The notes beneath the pieces were generated by a model. The model ran no database searches. It was not told where the DNA came from and worked only from the letters and a program-made list of their open reading frames with translations. Positions 23,996 to 34,960 of a stretch of 44,741 bases of DNA are shown piece by piece. Every line of letters starts with the position of its first letter. The first letter of the stretch is position 1. This DNA comes from Octopus bimaculoides (taxonomy: Eukaryota). The stretch spans positions 9,216,576 to 9,261,316 of the forward strand of contig NC_068981.1 in assembly GCF_001194135.2 (NCBI RefSeq), in the 5' to 3' direction. The position numbers and the translations under genes are program-made.

Positions 23996-24098
23996 ATGAT
24001 ATACCTTGGAAAACAGGTGTTGTCCTATAAAATGATATTCTTGGGCAAACTGGTGTTCTCCTTGAATGATATTCCTGGGCAAATTGGTATTCTACTCA
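23996..24098 (+). repeat. Degenerate tandem repeat, 3 units of about 35 bp
   Basis: atgatat..ttgg(g)caaa.tggtgtt.tcct repeated three times. Confidence 0.7.
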
Positions 24099-27010
24099 AA
24101 AATTTAGGACTCCCTAAAACATTCATAGTGTTACTGCAAGTGATTGCAAAGGTGAGACAATGGAACAGCTTGGGACTTTCCTGAGCATCATTTTATATTT
24201 CAGCAAAATAGGGCATAAAACAAAGTCAAAAACCTCTTTTATCAGGGGTCCAATACTCTCCAAAGGCTCAAAAGCCACAAGTTGAAAAACATAATTTACT
24301 GACAGATTAGATATTTCAGTGCCTTATTTTGTTCAGCATTCTGAATGCACAAAACAAGTGCAGCATTAAGATGTGATGGAGCAAATAAGTCACCACTGGG
24401 TATCTCAGGTAATGTATCTGCGTCTAAGCCAGATGGCAAAGTGTTGATCTCTTCCCCATTATACCCTACACAATCTCATAGGTTTCACAACTAAAGAGGT
24501 ATTTACCCTGGGTAGGATTTATTTAACTAAGTTCATCTAATAGCAACCAACATGACATGCATCCAGTCAACATTAATAATTGAAAAAGACTCTGGATTCA
24601 AGAAGCTTACCACTACAACACCTTATTCCCCAACACACATCAGTTCCAACCTTGAGGGCAATGAAGATGCAAAGCTCATCCAGGTAACCAAGCCACAGGC
24701 AAAGTGTTGACGGAACCTACAGAAAATCAGGAACTCACAGAAAGCAGGTAGTGCCTTCATTGATCGGACAAATGCAAAGAGTTGAAAACATATTTGGGAA
24801 GTGAATTGTTCCAAATTTTTTTCTTGTTCCGGAACAATAAGTCCCAGCCCCCTTCACATATGTTCCCAGTTCAAAAGAAGGTGATGTCACCTACAAAAGA
24901 GGAGCAAGCATGAATGGAAGAAAAGAAGCAAGAGAGAGGAGCATTTCCCAGAACCCCAAATCATTTGGGGGAATATTGTCTGTGCAAAGGATACTAAAAT
25001 GTATTTTGTCTTACTGAAGCTTGAGAGGGTGGATAGCAGTTTTAGCTCCTCAGCTTCATAATCACCTACTGTGGAATGCTTTGTGGAGTCTCAAAAATTT
25101 TAAGAGGGGAACACAGTTACCCTATGCATATGGTATGATTGGGGGGGGGGCAGTGCATACCTCGAATTTCATCATTTACTGATTCCCTTTTTCAATTTTT
25201 CTTCATAATTTCCAGAGTTAACCTATGTGAATTAACGTCCATTTTGACCCAACATTTTACCTCTCAATGAAGTCCTTCCTCAATCCTTTATATGCAATGA
25301 GCTCTGCTCTCTCAAAATTCCACTTTATACCAACTCCACCCTAACTTATTTGCATCCATCTTCATCTGGTCACCCCCACAGCAATTCCAGACCAGTCTAA
25401 CTTTTCCTGCCAGTCACTAACCTTTAATTCAACTTAAATGTTTAGCATCAATAGTTATTCCAGTTTCATTCTCTAGGGAGGTCTATAAAGCTATGAACAT
25501 ACTTCTTCTTGTTCAAATGAATAAAGATTGCTCTAACCAAACACATTCCCAGATGTTGGGTACTTGCTACAGTAAATTTCGATCAAAATTTACCCTTGCT
25601 ACTTATCTTGTTCCTGTTATCATTCCGGAATTAGTAATGAATGCCAAAATAACTCATCTGGAATCTATTGCAACACACAAGGAACTGAAGAGATTCCGTA
25701 ATTAAATAGTAAATAGAGTACATAAAATATTCTATTTTCTATCGGAAACACTTTGCCAATTTATCTATAAACATGAAAACCCATTGTTATTCTAATGATC
25801 TCTTATAATCATCCTTATTACATTAGCTTAAGAACTACAGAAACAAAATTACAAAGTGAATAGTAAGTTCAACATCAATATATTGTAGAGAAAAGTCGTA
25901 AAATTATTGAGTATTAATTAAAAGCAACTTCAACAGAGAACTGAGTTAACTTTTTGCAAGAACAAGAATCTTGCATGAATAAAACTGGTTTTACTGAGAA
26001 GTGATTCGTTAAGAGACAGTTATTAAACAACTACAAAATCTTCATTAATAATAAAACTAATATAAATACTTTCTAAAAAATATTTTTATCTTTACGAATG
26101 AAATTCTTGTGAAACAAGACCACGTTTTTATTGTGAATGTCCACAAGATTCATCACAATTTATTATTTTGCCTTCCTTTAATTAATCTGACAACTGTTAA
26201 AACTAAATAAAAATATAATTTTACAATAATTATAGATTAAAGATTATGAGCAAAGAATTACAAATCTGTGGTGAAAAAACAAACCGTTTATAATGATTTA
26301 TAATTGATATTAAATGGTTTACATGTTTAGTATTAAACACAAATCTCAGGCAACAACTCTACAATAATCTACTTGGGATTCTTGTGGAAACTTAATATGT
26401 TTGGATTATTAAAGATTATATAAATTAATGAAGCTGGAAAGAGAGAGAGAGATGCAATTAGATATGTTTATAAAAGATGGTTTGACACCGTCCACATGGG
26501 TCAATTCGTAACCAAAAATAAAGCAGACAAGAATGGAAGTGTTAAGTCCTTCCTTTAGAATACAAATCAAGTTCTTTGTTTAATGTAACAAACATTAAAA
26601 AGTTCAAAGCAACAACATGAAGTGTTTACCTTTCAACGATGTGGCTAAAGTTTTCCCAATGTTGTTCAGACAGCAAGTGGCAGCAGAATAAAAGAATAAC
26701 AGAATGTTCCCTACTTAAAAACAGTTACACCGATAACTCGGGCAGATTTCCTCCTTGCTAGCATTTTTAAACATTCTGAGGGAATGTAAGAATTCTAAAT
26801 GAAACGTCATCGAAAAGTTCCTAATAGTTTTTTTTTCCTCTTAAAAGGGTTGATTTATTATAACTTTTATTAAAACTAATGAATGGTTTCATAAAATATT
26901 ATAACCGAGAAACATTTCCGAAACTCGGCCGATGAAACCTCTAGTTACCTCCCTTTACATTCCGAGTTCAAATCCTGCTGGAGTAGAGTTGGTCTTTCGT
27001 CCTTCTAGGG

Positions 27011-27440
27011 CAGTGTTTCTCAACCTTTTTTTACAATTGCCTAACCCTTAAAATAAATTACATGTCTCAAAGAACCCCTGCACAAAAATTAATTATATAC
27101 CATATCTTTCTCGCACTTTTTCATCGTAGTTCACGTGGTAATATATATATATATATATTACGGAGATATACTTGCATAGCAAGTGACCTGATCTGAGATC
27201 GTGCGCTGGAATGAAAACAATTGCAGCGTGGAAGGTGTTTATAAGCCATTTAAGAAACACACAAAAACCGTTAGATTCACTTCAACATTTAAATTTAATT
27301 TGCCAAAATATTTTCGTCGCTTTGAGACCGCGACCTGTTCACTGACCATGAAATTAGCATTAGCTTATCTCACGCTTTCTCGTGGAATCCCTAGAAATCT
27401 TTTGCGGAACCCTAGGATTCAGGGGAACTCAGGTTGAGAA
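27011..27440 (+). mobile_element. hAT-type MITE interrupted by a PLE-derived insert; right TIR truncated
   Basis: Left TIR cagtgtttctcaacct (27011-27026), partial right TIR aggttgagaa (27431-27440). Confidence 0.6.
27302..27346 (-). ncRNA. Minimal type I hammerhead ribozyme-like motif with a G3-C8 core swap
   Basis: GTCA / GTGAACA / G / GTCGC-ggtctcaaa-GCGAC / GAAA / palindromic AATATT / T / TGGC. Confidence 0.55.
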
Positions 27441-27444
27441 TTTT

Positions 27445-27816
27445 CCATGGGTCAAGTAGCCCATTCCACTCAAAAGGTCCCTGAATATGGGTTGTTTAAA
27501 GATGTCGAACGAAACACTCATGTTTCCAAAGGTGAATTATCTAAGCCCCAAGGAAGTCCTCTCGGCACATGGCTATGATGCTCCCCCACTACTTCTGCTT
27601 GTACTCAGAGATGCACATATCGTCAGCTACTAAGGGACAAGCTCAACTGGTTAAGATCAAGCAACTGACAAGCAAATCTGTGGTATTGATCAGAACATTT
27701 GCTGTAGCCCATCTTTTATACCAAGAAAATTGAGCAGAATATTTGCTATAGCCCATCTTTTATACCAAGACTATTGAGCAGAATATTGACTGTAACCCAT
27801 CTTTTATACCAAGACC
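27445..27816. mobile_element. Unclassified interspersed repeat (copy 1), ending in three tandem 44-bp units
   Basis: Closely similar to 43700-43985. Confidence 0.75.
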
Positions 27817-27819
27817 TAT

Positions 27820-28400
27820 TATTAGTATTATTATTATTATTATTATTATATATTTGGCTTTTGCTTTGTATTTGTATAAGTTGACTCCAAGTCTCACCCA
27901 GAGACCTCAAGAGATAACAAGTTAGAAGTTCATGTTGGTGTTATGCTTAGGGTGTTATATATTTGGTTTTGCACATAGTATTGTTCTAGAGAATGTTTAA
28001 GAAAATTATAAGTTTGTTTTAAAATTTGAGATTACATAGACAGTATTTTATGCAGGATATGGGCAGTTTCCATGAGCACTATCTTTTGAATTTCTGCCAT
28101 TTTGAGGTTTCCTGGTATCTGAGCTAGGTAGCAATCAGCCCCTTTTGCTATCATTCTTAGGGAACCTATGACAACAGGTATTGTTTTAGTCTTGAGGTTC
28201 CACACTTTGCCAATTTCTATTTCAAAATCTTTATACTTGTTCAGTTTTTTTTAGGTTTTGACAGATACATTTATGTCGATCGGGACAGTCATATCAATAA
28301 TAAGGAGGCATGATTTTTAACTGAATTTTTCAATTTAATGTCTGGCCTATTCGCATCTATCTTTCTGTCAGTTTGAATGGTGAAATTCCATATAAATGGA
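27820..28400 (-). mobile_element. R4/Dong-like LINE 3' end with (TAA)n tail
   Basis: WNFTIQTDRKIDANRPDI (RLE motif). ATT repeat at 27818-27850. Confidence 0.8.
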
Positions 28401-30704
28401 AGAGATAAGACTGTAAGGAAGGAATATGTGTAAGATGTGGGCGGATTCAATGGCTGGAATCTGCCGAAAGTTTTCTTGTTTTGGAATTCAGAAAAGTATG
28501 TACAAATAACTTCTTTTGCACACACACATGGTAAAACTTCAGTATGAATTATAAAATTACAGCTCAACATTAATTGAAATGACCTTTTATATATATTTTG
28601 TAATACTTATTTGTGTTGAGTGAATTTAGAAACTTTATCCCACACACCCCCATTTACTTTTTTCCAAAATTTCTTCAGGTTCCTGTTTTCAAAATAGGAG
28701 ATTAGGATTTTGCCCCCAAAAACACGTTTTCAAAATGTTAATAACCCTAACCCTCTCCAGCCCAAATTTTTTATTTTTAACTTTTTCGAAGTTTTTTTTT
28801 CAATCCACATAGAAAAATAGAGATTATGAATTTTAAGAAATTTTTTTTTCTAATTTTTCTTAAAGAAACATTCAAATCCCCTTTCCCAACCTCCACTCAT
28901 TACCTCCAAATGTTTTACTTTTAGCTTTTTTGAAAGCAGGTAAGTTTTGCCCAGAAATAATGTCGTTTAGCTGTTGTTTCTAGCATGTCGGGATTTCTGG
29001 TGGTGGTCTGATATTTTTGACGTCTGCTATTTCAGTAGAATTCTACGCATGCGTGAAACATCAATCGAAAGTTAAACATTTGATTGTTTATTTTTTTGAA
29101 AGCTGAGGTGATGAATGGATGAAGGGGGGGGGCGGAAGGGGCATTGAGTGTTTCTCACAGAAGAATTAAAAGTTTAAAAAATTCCCAGATTCGTAATCTC
29201 TGTATTNNNNNNNNNNNNNNNNNNNNNNNNNNNNNNNNNNNNNNNNNNNNNNNNNNNNNNNNNNNNNNNNNNNNNNNNNNNNNNNNNNNNNNNNNNNNNN
29301 NNNNNNNNNNNNNNNNNNNNNNNNNNNNNNNNNNNNNNNNNNNNNNNNNNNNNNNNNNNNNNNNNNNNNNNNNNNNNNNNNNNNNNNNNNNNNNNNNNNN
29401 NNNNNNNNNNNNNNNNNNNNNNNNNNNNNNNNNNNNNNNNNNNNNNNNNNNNNNNNNNNNNNNNNNNNNNNNNNNNNNNNNNNNNNNNNNNNNNNNNNNN
29501 NNNNNNNNNNNNNNNNNNNNNNNNNNNNNNNNNNNNNNNNNNNNNNNNNNNNNNNNNNNNNNNNNNNNNNNNNNNNNNNNNNNNNNNNNNNNNNNNNNNN
29601 NNNNNNNNNNNNNNNNNNNNNNNNNNNNNNNNNNNNNNNNNNNNNNNNNNNNNNNNNNNNNNNNNNNNNNNNNNNNNNNAAATATTTCCCAGGATGTAAA
29701 CCATTGTGAATGATTAAATAAATTGTCGGTAAACAGTTATAGAAACAGTTTAGCGCCAACAATGGAAGAAGTTACAAAAACTTGTCTAAGAGTGAACTTT
29801 AAATGGGACATGCTTCAAGAGAAATTACTTCGAGAATAGATTTATTGTAACAAGTTTATCACAGTTTGAAATCTGTCGTCCTTTTTGTTTTTCTTTCTTT
29901 CTTTATTAAAATTTGTTGATAAAGAATGAAGATATGAAAAACCAAAGTGGCTAAGATTAATAAACACATTTCGTAATAATGTGGTGCCAGGTTCGATATT
30001 CGATCCCGTTGCGCGACACTCGAGATGGACTGGCTGAACCTTTTGAGAGGAATTCAGAAGTCGGAAACTGTGCGGATACCCATTGCACACGTATGTGTGT
30101 CTGTTGTTGTATAGCATGGAATTATATAAACATCGGCAAAAAAAGCGCGTTACAAGAATGATTCCAGACTCCCTCGTCATTGTTGCCGTCAGGAATATTG
30201 TCAACCAGTAATTTTGAAAACTGCAAGCCACGACTCTATTCTCCAATAATTGAGACACAGAGCATCAAAAATTATCAAGATATTTTCTTAGCAACCTCAG
30301 CCACAATCGGGTCAAAGTTGAGGAAAATGTTTTTGAAAAAAAAAAAGAACCTGTCCCCTATATTTCAAAGAATCTCCGTTGGCGATCTGCAAAGACAGAT
30401 ACCCCCAATAGAATCTATTTTCTCTGGTTCCCAGTTGAAATCTCGTCGCAAAGATTAATGAAATAGAAGTTTAGGCGACTGCTATTATAAATGCGACCTT
30501 AGCTAATAAATTGCCAACGTATTTCTTGAAATAAATAAATAAAAAATAATAAAGTGCCTCGCGTTACGGAAATGTTTTCCTTAAATCTTACTGTTACATC
30601 AAATGTATTTTCCTATTAACTTTTAATATTTTATAGATTTCAGGTGTCAGTAGACAAAATAGGTTTCATTTAACGAAATTTCACGTAAAGCAATTATTAA
30701 TCAG

Positions 30705-30865
30705 GGACGTTCTGAGTTCAAATTTCGCCGAGGTTCACTTTACCTTTCATCCGTTCGGGGTCGATTAAATTAAGTACCAGTTGAGTACTAATGTCAATGT
30801 AATCGACTTACCCTACCCCCGAAATTGCTGACCTTGAACTAAAATTTGAAAGAAATATTATGAGG
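30705..30865 (+). mobile_element. SINE body (Meta-domain-like core)
   Basis: gagttcaaat..gagg..cacttt.cctttcatcc.ttcggggtcgat.aa.taagtaccag. Other copies lie at about 26955-27005 and 44120-44260. Confidence 0.65.
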
Positions 30866-30987
30866 GACGTAACACGGGGGGAAGAGGTGTATGTTTTTGC
30901 ATTTGACATCATTCTGACATTCTGGAACCAAAACTAGTGCAATTCCGAACACAGCGATAGGAATGACATGTGACGAAATGGTGAGCG

Positions 30988-30997
30988 CTGATTGGTC
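30988..30997 (-). promoter_or_regulatory. CCAAT box (NF-Y site), inverted relative to CDCA8
   Basis: CTGATTGGTC is the reverse complement of GACCAATCAG, a full NF-Y consensus, about 40 bp upstream of the CHR. Confidence 0.65.
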
Positions 30998-31027
30998 GAG
31001 AGGCTGACATCGCTGAACCTCTTCTTC

Positions 31028-31042
31028 GGCGGCCAGTTTAAA
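31028..31042 (+). promoter_or_regulatory. CDE/CHR-like tandem element (GGCGG-ccag-TTTAAA)
   Basis: CDE GGCGG, 4-nt spacer, CHR variant TTTAAA: the canonical spacing, upstream of a G2/M gene. Confidence 0.6.
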
Positions 31043-31120
31043 AAATTTCCAACTGATTTGCTTTTTATTAATTTTCTTCTCTTTTAAATTCTTTAGATTT
31101 TTCTGTTGGTTAACTTCCAG
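31043..31120 (+). other. Probable non-coding first exon of CDCA8
   Basis: Directly follows the promoter motifs and ends at the donor-like CAG|GTAAAT (31120/31121). The start position is a guess. Confidence 0.45.
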
Positions 31121-31382
31121 GTAAATATTTTCCCTTTTCACCATATTTACACGAACGTTTTAATATCTTATAATAACGAACCACTACAGTCTAAATAGAT
31201 TATTATTGTTGTTATTGTGTCTCATTGACGATTTCTGAGATTCCATCATTGAATTTCCTCCAAAGATTTTTTAATTAATGCTCGTTAATTAGTCTCCGTT
31301 TACAGCTGCTAATTTATACATGACAATGTGTGAATTCATCACCTATAAAACAACGATTTATTGATTTATTAGGCTCAAAAAA

Positions 31383-31515
31383 ATGCCCCGTAAAAGGCAG
31401 ACAAAGAAAGTGCGACGTGAACCGGTTCTTCCCAATGGAGACGAAGGAAAAGATTTAACGAAAGAAGAACAACAAGCGAAGCTACAAGTCTTCCTCGACG
31501 ATTTTGACCGTAAAT
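31383..31515 (+). CDS. CDCA8: Borealin (CDCA8) coding exon 1 (MPRKRQTKKVRREPVLPNGDEGKDLTKEEQQAKLQVFLDDFDRK)
   Basis: ATG in AAAATG context. KLQVFLDDFDRK matches the Borealin N-terminal motif (recalled human KLASFLKDFDRE). Donor T|GTAAGT, phase 1. Confidence 0.88.
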
Positions 31516-32050
31516 GTAAGTAGCTTATATGCCGATCGTTTCTATAGTTCCCTTCTCTAAGCCATCTATGATTGTTGTAAGGTTCGCGCCTGCCAACCTG
31601 TGAGGTTGATGGACACAGTCTTAGATGGGATGGTCATGGTTGAGATGTCTGCTAGATCAGCTTTCACTTGATGCTTAAACAACTGACATATCTATAGATT
31701 GTGACCCCCGACTTTGTTTCTTCGTAACACTTGTTAAAATGTTTTTTTTATACTACCTTCTTGCTGAAATATCTTTCTCAGGTTGTAAATTACGATTAAT
31801 TTGATGTTTCAAACAGAAATCTGAGAAAAAGAAACAAAAATCTTCAATTAACAGAAATTGGGAAAATCAAACCTGGAAGGACCGTCCGAAATTCAACCCC
31901 GCCCCCAATTTCCTCTGTCCCTCTAAATTTTGTCACTGTATATATAACCTACTCTTTAGAAAACTTATTTCTGCTGCATGTGAGAAAACAGTATCGACAA
32001 CATTATCTAAAACTCATTCATTTAAAAAAAATTATTTGAATTTATTTTGT

Positions 32051-32090
32051 AACTGAGTTCTAGAAGCTCTGTAGCTTCTAGAACTCAGTT
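32051..32090. repeat. Perfect 18-bp hairpin with a 4-nt loop
   Basis: aactgagttctagaagct-ctgt-agcttctagaactcagtt. Confidence 0.95.
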
Positions 32091-33078
32091 TTGCTGGTCT
32101 TGCCAAGTATCTCATATCGCCAGACATCTTGATCCATTGTTATTGCCTCCATGAAGCCCAACAACCTGGAATTGGTCCTCACCACTTAATCCCATGTCTT
32201 TCTGGGTCTCCCTCTTCCACAGGCATCATCCACTTTCAGTGATCAGCACTTCTTTATACCTCTGTCTTCAATCATATGCATCACATGTCCAAACCAACAT
32301 AGTCTTCTTCTCTTGCATGCTACATTTGATTCCTCTTATGCCCAACTTTCTCTCAATACATATTTGCACTTTGTCGTACATGCACACTGATGTTGCACAT
32401 CCAACAGAGCACAATCCCTTCATTTCCCTCCAGTCTATGCATGTCGTCTGCATTCAGAGCCCATGTCTCACTACCATGGAGTATAGCCGTTTATACGAAA
32501 AGCATCATATAATCTACCTTTTACTTAAAGATAGAGTCCTTTTGTTGCCAACAGAGGTAACGGCTCTCTGAACTTCCTCCATCCTCTTCTTATTCTGGAA
32601 ACAATATTTTCAGAGCATCCTCCACCATGGCTAATTTGGTCACCTAGGTAACAGAAAAACTATCTACAACCTCAAGAGAGCCTCCTGGGCTTTTGAGAGA
32701 GTCTAATTCCTGTGTATCCTTAGTGCTTATTGTTCCTGCACATCTGTCACATACAAAGGTGACTTTATCTGTTAATCTACCTGAGATCCACTGCACCTTT
32801 TATATGTCCATAGCTTACACTGGGTGCAGCAAAAAGAATTACTTCCAACTCCTTTTCTACATATTGAGCAAGGTCATTTACCTGATGGAAAGAGACACTT
32901 ATCTGCTTTTTTTGCTAACAACTTTGGTCTTTGCTAGGTTAACTTTAAGACCTTTTGATTCCAGGTTTTGCTTCCACACCTGGAATTTCTTCTCCAATTC
33001 TGCAATAAAAGTAATGTCATCAGCATATAGTAGTTCCCACAGGCACCCAGTTTTGAATTCATCTGTTATGGCGTGGAG
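32090..33078 (-). mobile_element. Degenerate RTE RT-to-3' fragment, left arm of an inverted pair
   Basis: LWELLYADD...WKQNLESKGLKVNLAKTK, with the downstream RT C-terminus. Confidence 0.85.
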
Positions 33079-33109
33079 ACGCACACATAACATACATCTT
33101 CACTAGGGC

Positions 33110-34255
33110 TCAATTCTTAGCCCACCCTTATTCATCATAGTCCTCCACGCCATAACAGAGGAATTCAAAACTGGGTGCCTGTGGAAACTGCTATATGCTG
33201 ATGACCTTGCTCTTATTGCAGAATTGGGGAAGAAATTCCAAGTATGGAAACAAAACCTGGAATCAAAGGGCTTTTAAGTTAACCTAGCTATGACCAAAGT
33301 TGTAGTTAATAAGAAAGAAGATAAAACTCTCTTTCAATCAGGTAAATGGCCCCTGGTCAATATGTAGGAAAGGAGTTGAAAGAAATTCCATTCACTGCAC
33401 CCAGTGTAAACTATGGATACATAAGAGGTGCAGTGGAATCACAGGTAGATTTTTTTGTATGTGACAGATGTGCAGGAACAATAAGCACTAAGGATGCACA
33501 GGACTTAGACTCTCTCAAAAGCCCAGGAGACTCTCTTGAGGTTGTAGATAGTTTTTCTGTTACCTAGGTGACCAAATTAGCCATGGTGGAGGATGCTCTG
33601 AAAATATTATTTCCAGAATAAGAAGAGGATGGAGGAAGTTCAGAGAGCCGTTACTTCTGTTGGCAACAAAAGGACTCTCTCTTTAAGTAAAAGGTAGATT
33701 ATATGATGCTTTTCGTATAAACGGCTATACTCGATGGTAGTGAGACATGGGCTCTGAATGCAGACGACATGCATAGACTGGAGGGAAATGAAGGGATTGT
33801 GCTCTGTTGGATGTGCAACATCAGTGTGCATGTACGACAAAGTGCAAATGTGTATTGAGAGAAAAGTTGAGCATAAGAGGAATCAAATGTAGCATCCAAG
33901 AGAAGAAGACTACGTTGGTTTGGACATGTGATGCATATGATTGAAGACAGAGGTATAAAGAAGNNNNNNNNNNNNNNNNNNNNNNNNNNNNNNNNNNNNN
34001 NNNNNNNNNNNNNNNNNNNNNNNNNNNNNNNNNNNNNNNNNNNNNNNNNNNNTATGAATGAGGACAGCTGTATAAAGAAGTGCTGATCACTGAAAGTGGA
34101 TGATACCCTGCAGAAGCGGGAGACCCGGGATGAAGTGGTGGGGACCGATTTCAAGATGTTGAGCCTTATGGCGGAAACGACAATGGACTGAGATGTCTGG
34201 TGATGTGAAGTTTTTGAGAAGACCTGTCCATGTCAGTGGAACTGAGTTCTAGAAG
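33110..34255 (+). mobile_element. Degenerate RTE RT-to-3' fragment, right arm of an inverted pair
   Basis: GSILSPPLFIIVL...LLYADDLALIAE. Near-identical to the reverse complement of the left arm over about 33450-33963. Confidence 0.85.
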
Positions 34256-34259
34256 TGTT

Positions 34260-34922
34260 GTGTGTCCCATCCACACTCAACAAGAAGACTTATCACACAC
34301 TCTACCACAACAAACCAAATTATGTCTCTACATCTTTTCTCTTCCTCACATTTCCACTTCATGCACTATGCTTACCTCCCACTCTCCAATCCTGTCCTCT
34401 TGGCCCCCCTGTGCCACTGTATCATTGTTCTCCACTAACCCCCGACCTGTGTGTTTCACCTGCATGCCCTGTCTCAATGTATTATTGCTCTCTGCTAGCC
34501 TCCGACCTGTGTGTACCATCCACACAGAAACAAGAAACCTTTTCGCTCACCCTACCCCAACAAACCAATCTACATCTCTTCCTCACATTTCTTCCTTCAT
34601 ACACTATGCCTACCTCTCACTCCCCAGTCCTGTCCTCACGGCCCTGTTCCTCTATCATTGCTATCCAGCAGGCCCCCTCCCCGACTCTATATACCCAGGC
34701 TTTTGTTACTCACTCCCCCTCCCTCTGCACTCTTTAATCACATTGCCTTCACAATATCCTGTCACTTACATTATGGCATTCAAACCTCAAGGGTAGGCCC
34801 TGGCACTTGCCACCATCTATATCTCTCTCTGCCTTTACTCAACCATCCCATTTATATTCTGATCCCCATCACTTGTGAGTATGTCTGGCATTTTGCCACC
34901 ATCTCTATCCTGCTGTCTCCCT

Positions 34923-34960
<38 letters not shown>
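34260..34960 (+). repeat. CT-rich repeat with an internal duplication of about 250 bp (probable PLE remnant)
   Basis: ccacac..aacaaga..c.acc.caacaaaccaa..tctacatct...ttcctcacattt occurs at about 34270 and about 34520. Confidence 0.4.

Noticed and set aside
27685-27816. CRISPR-like array
   Set aside because: Head-to-tail units with no spacers, eukaryotic context and no cas genes.
28935-28946. Strong plus-strand donor GCAG|GTAAGT
   Set aside because: Isolated, with no associated ORF or acceptor. It lies in an unclassified AT-rich, probably repetitive region.
29842-30258. 138-aa minus-strand ORF as a third gene or AIRIM N-terminal extension
   Set aside because: No canonical ATG start, no recognisable domain, and AIRIM is already full length from 23745.
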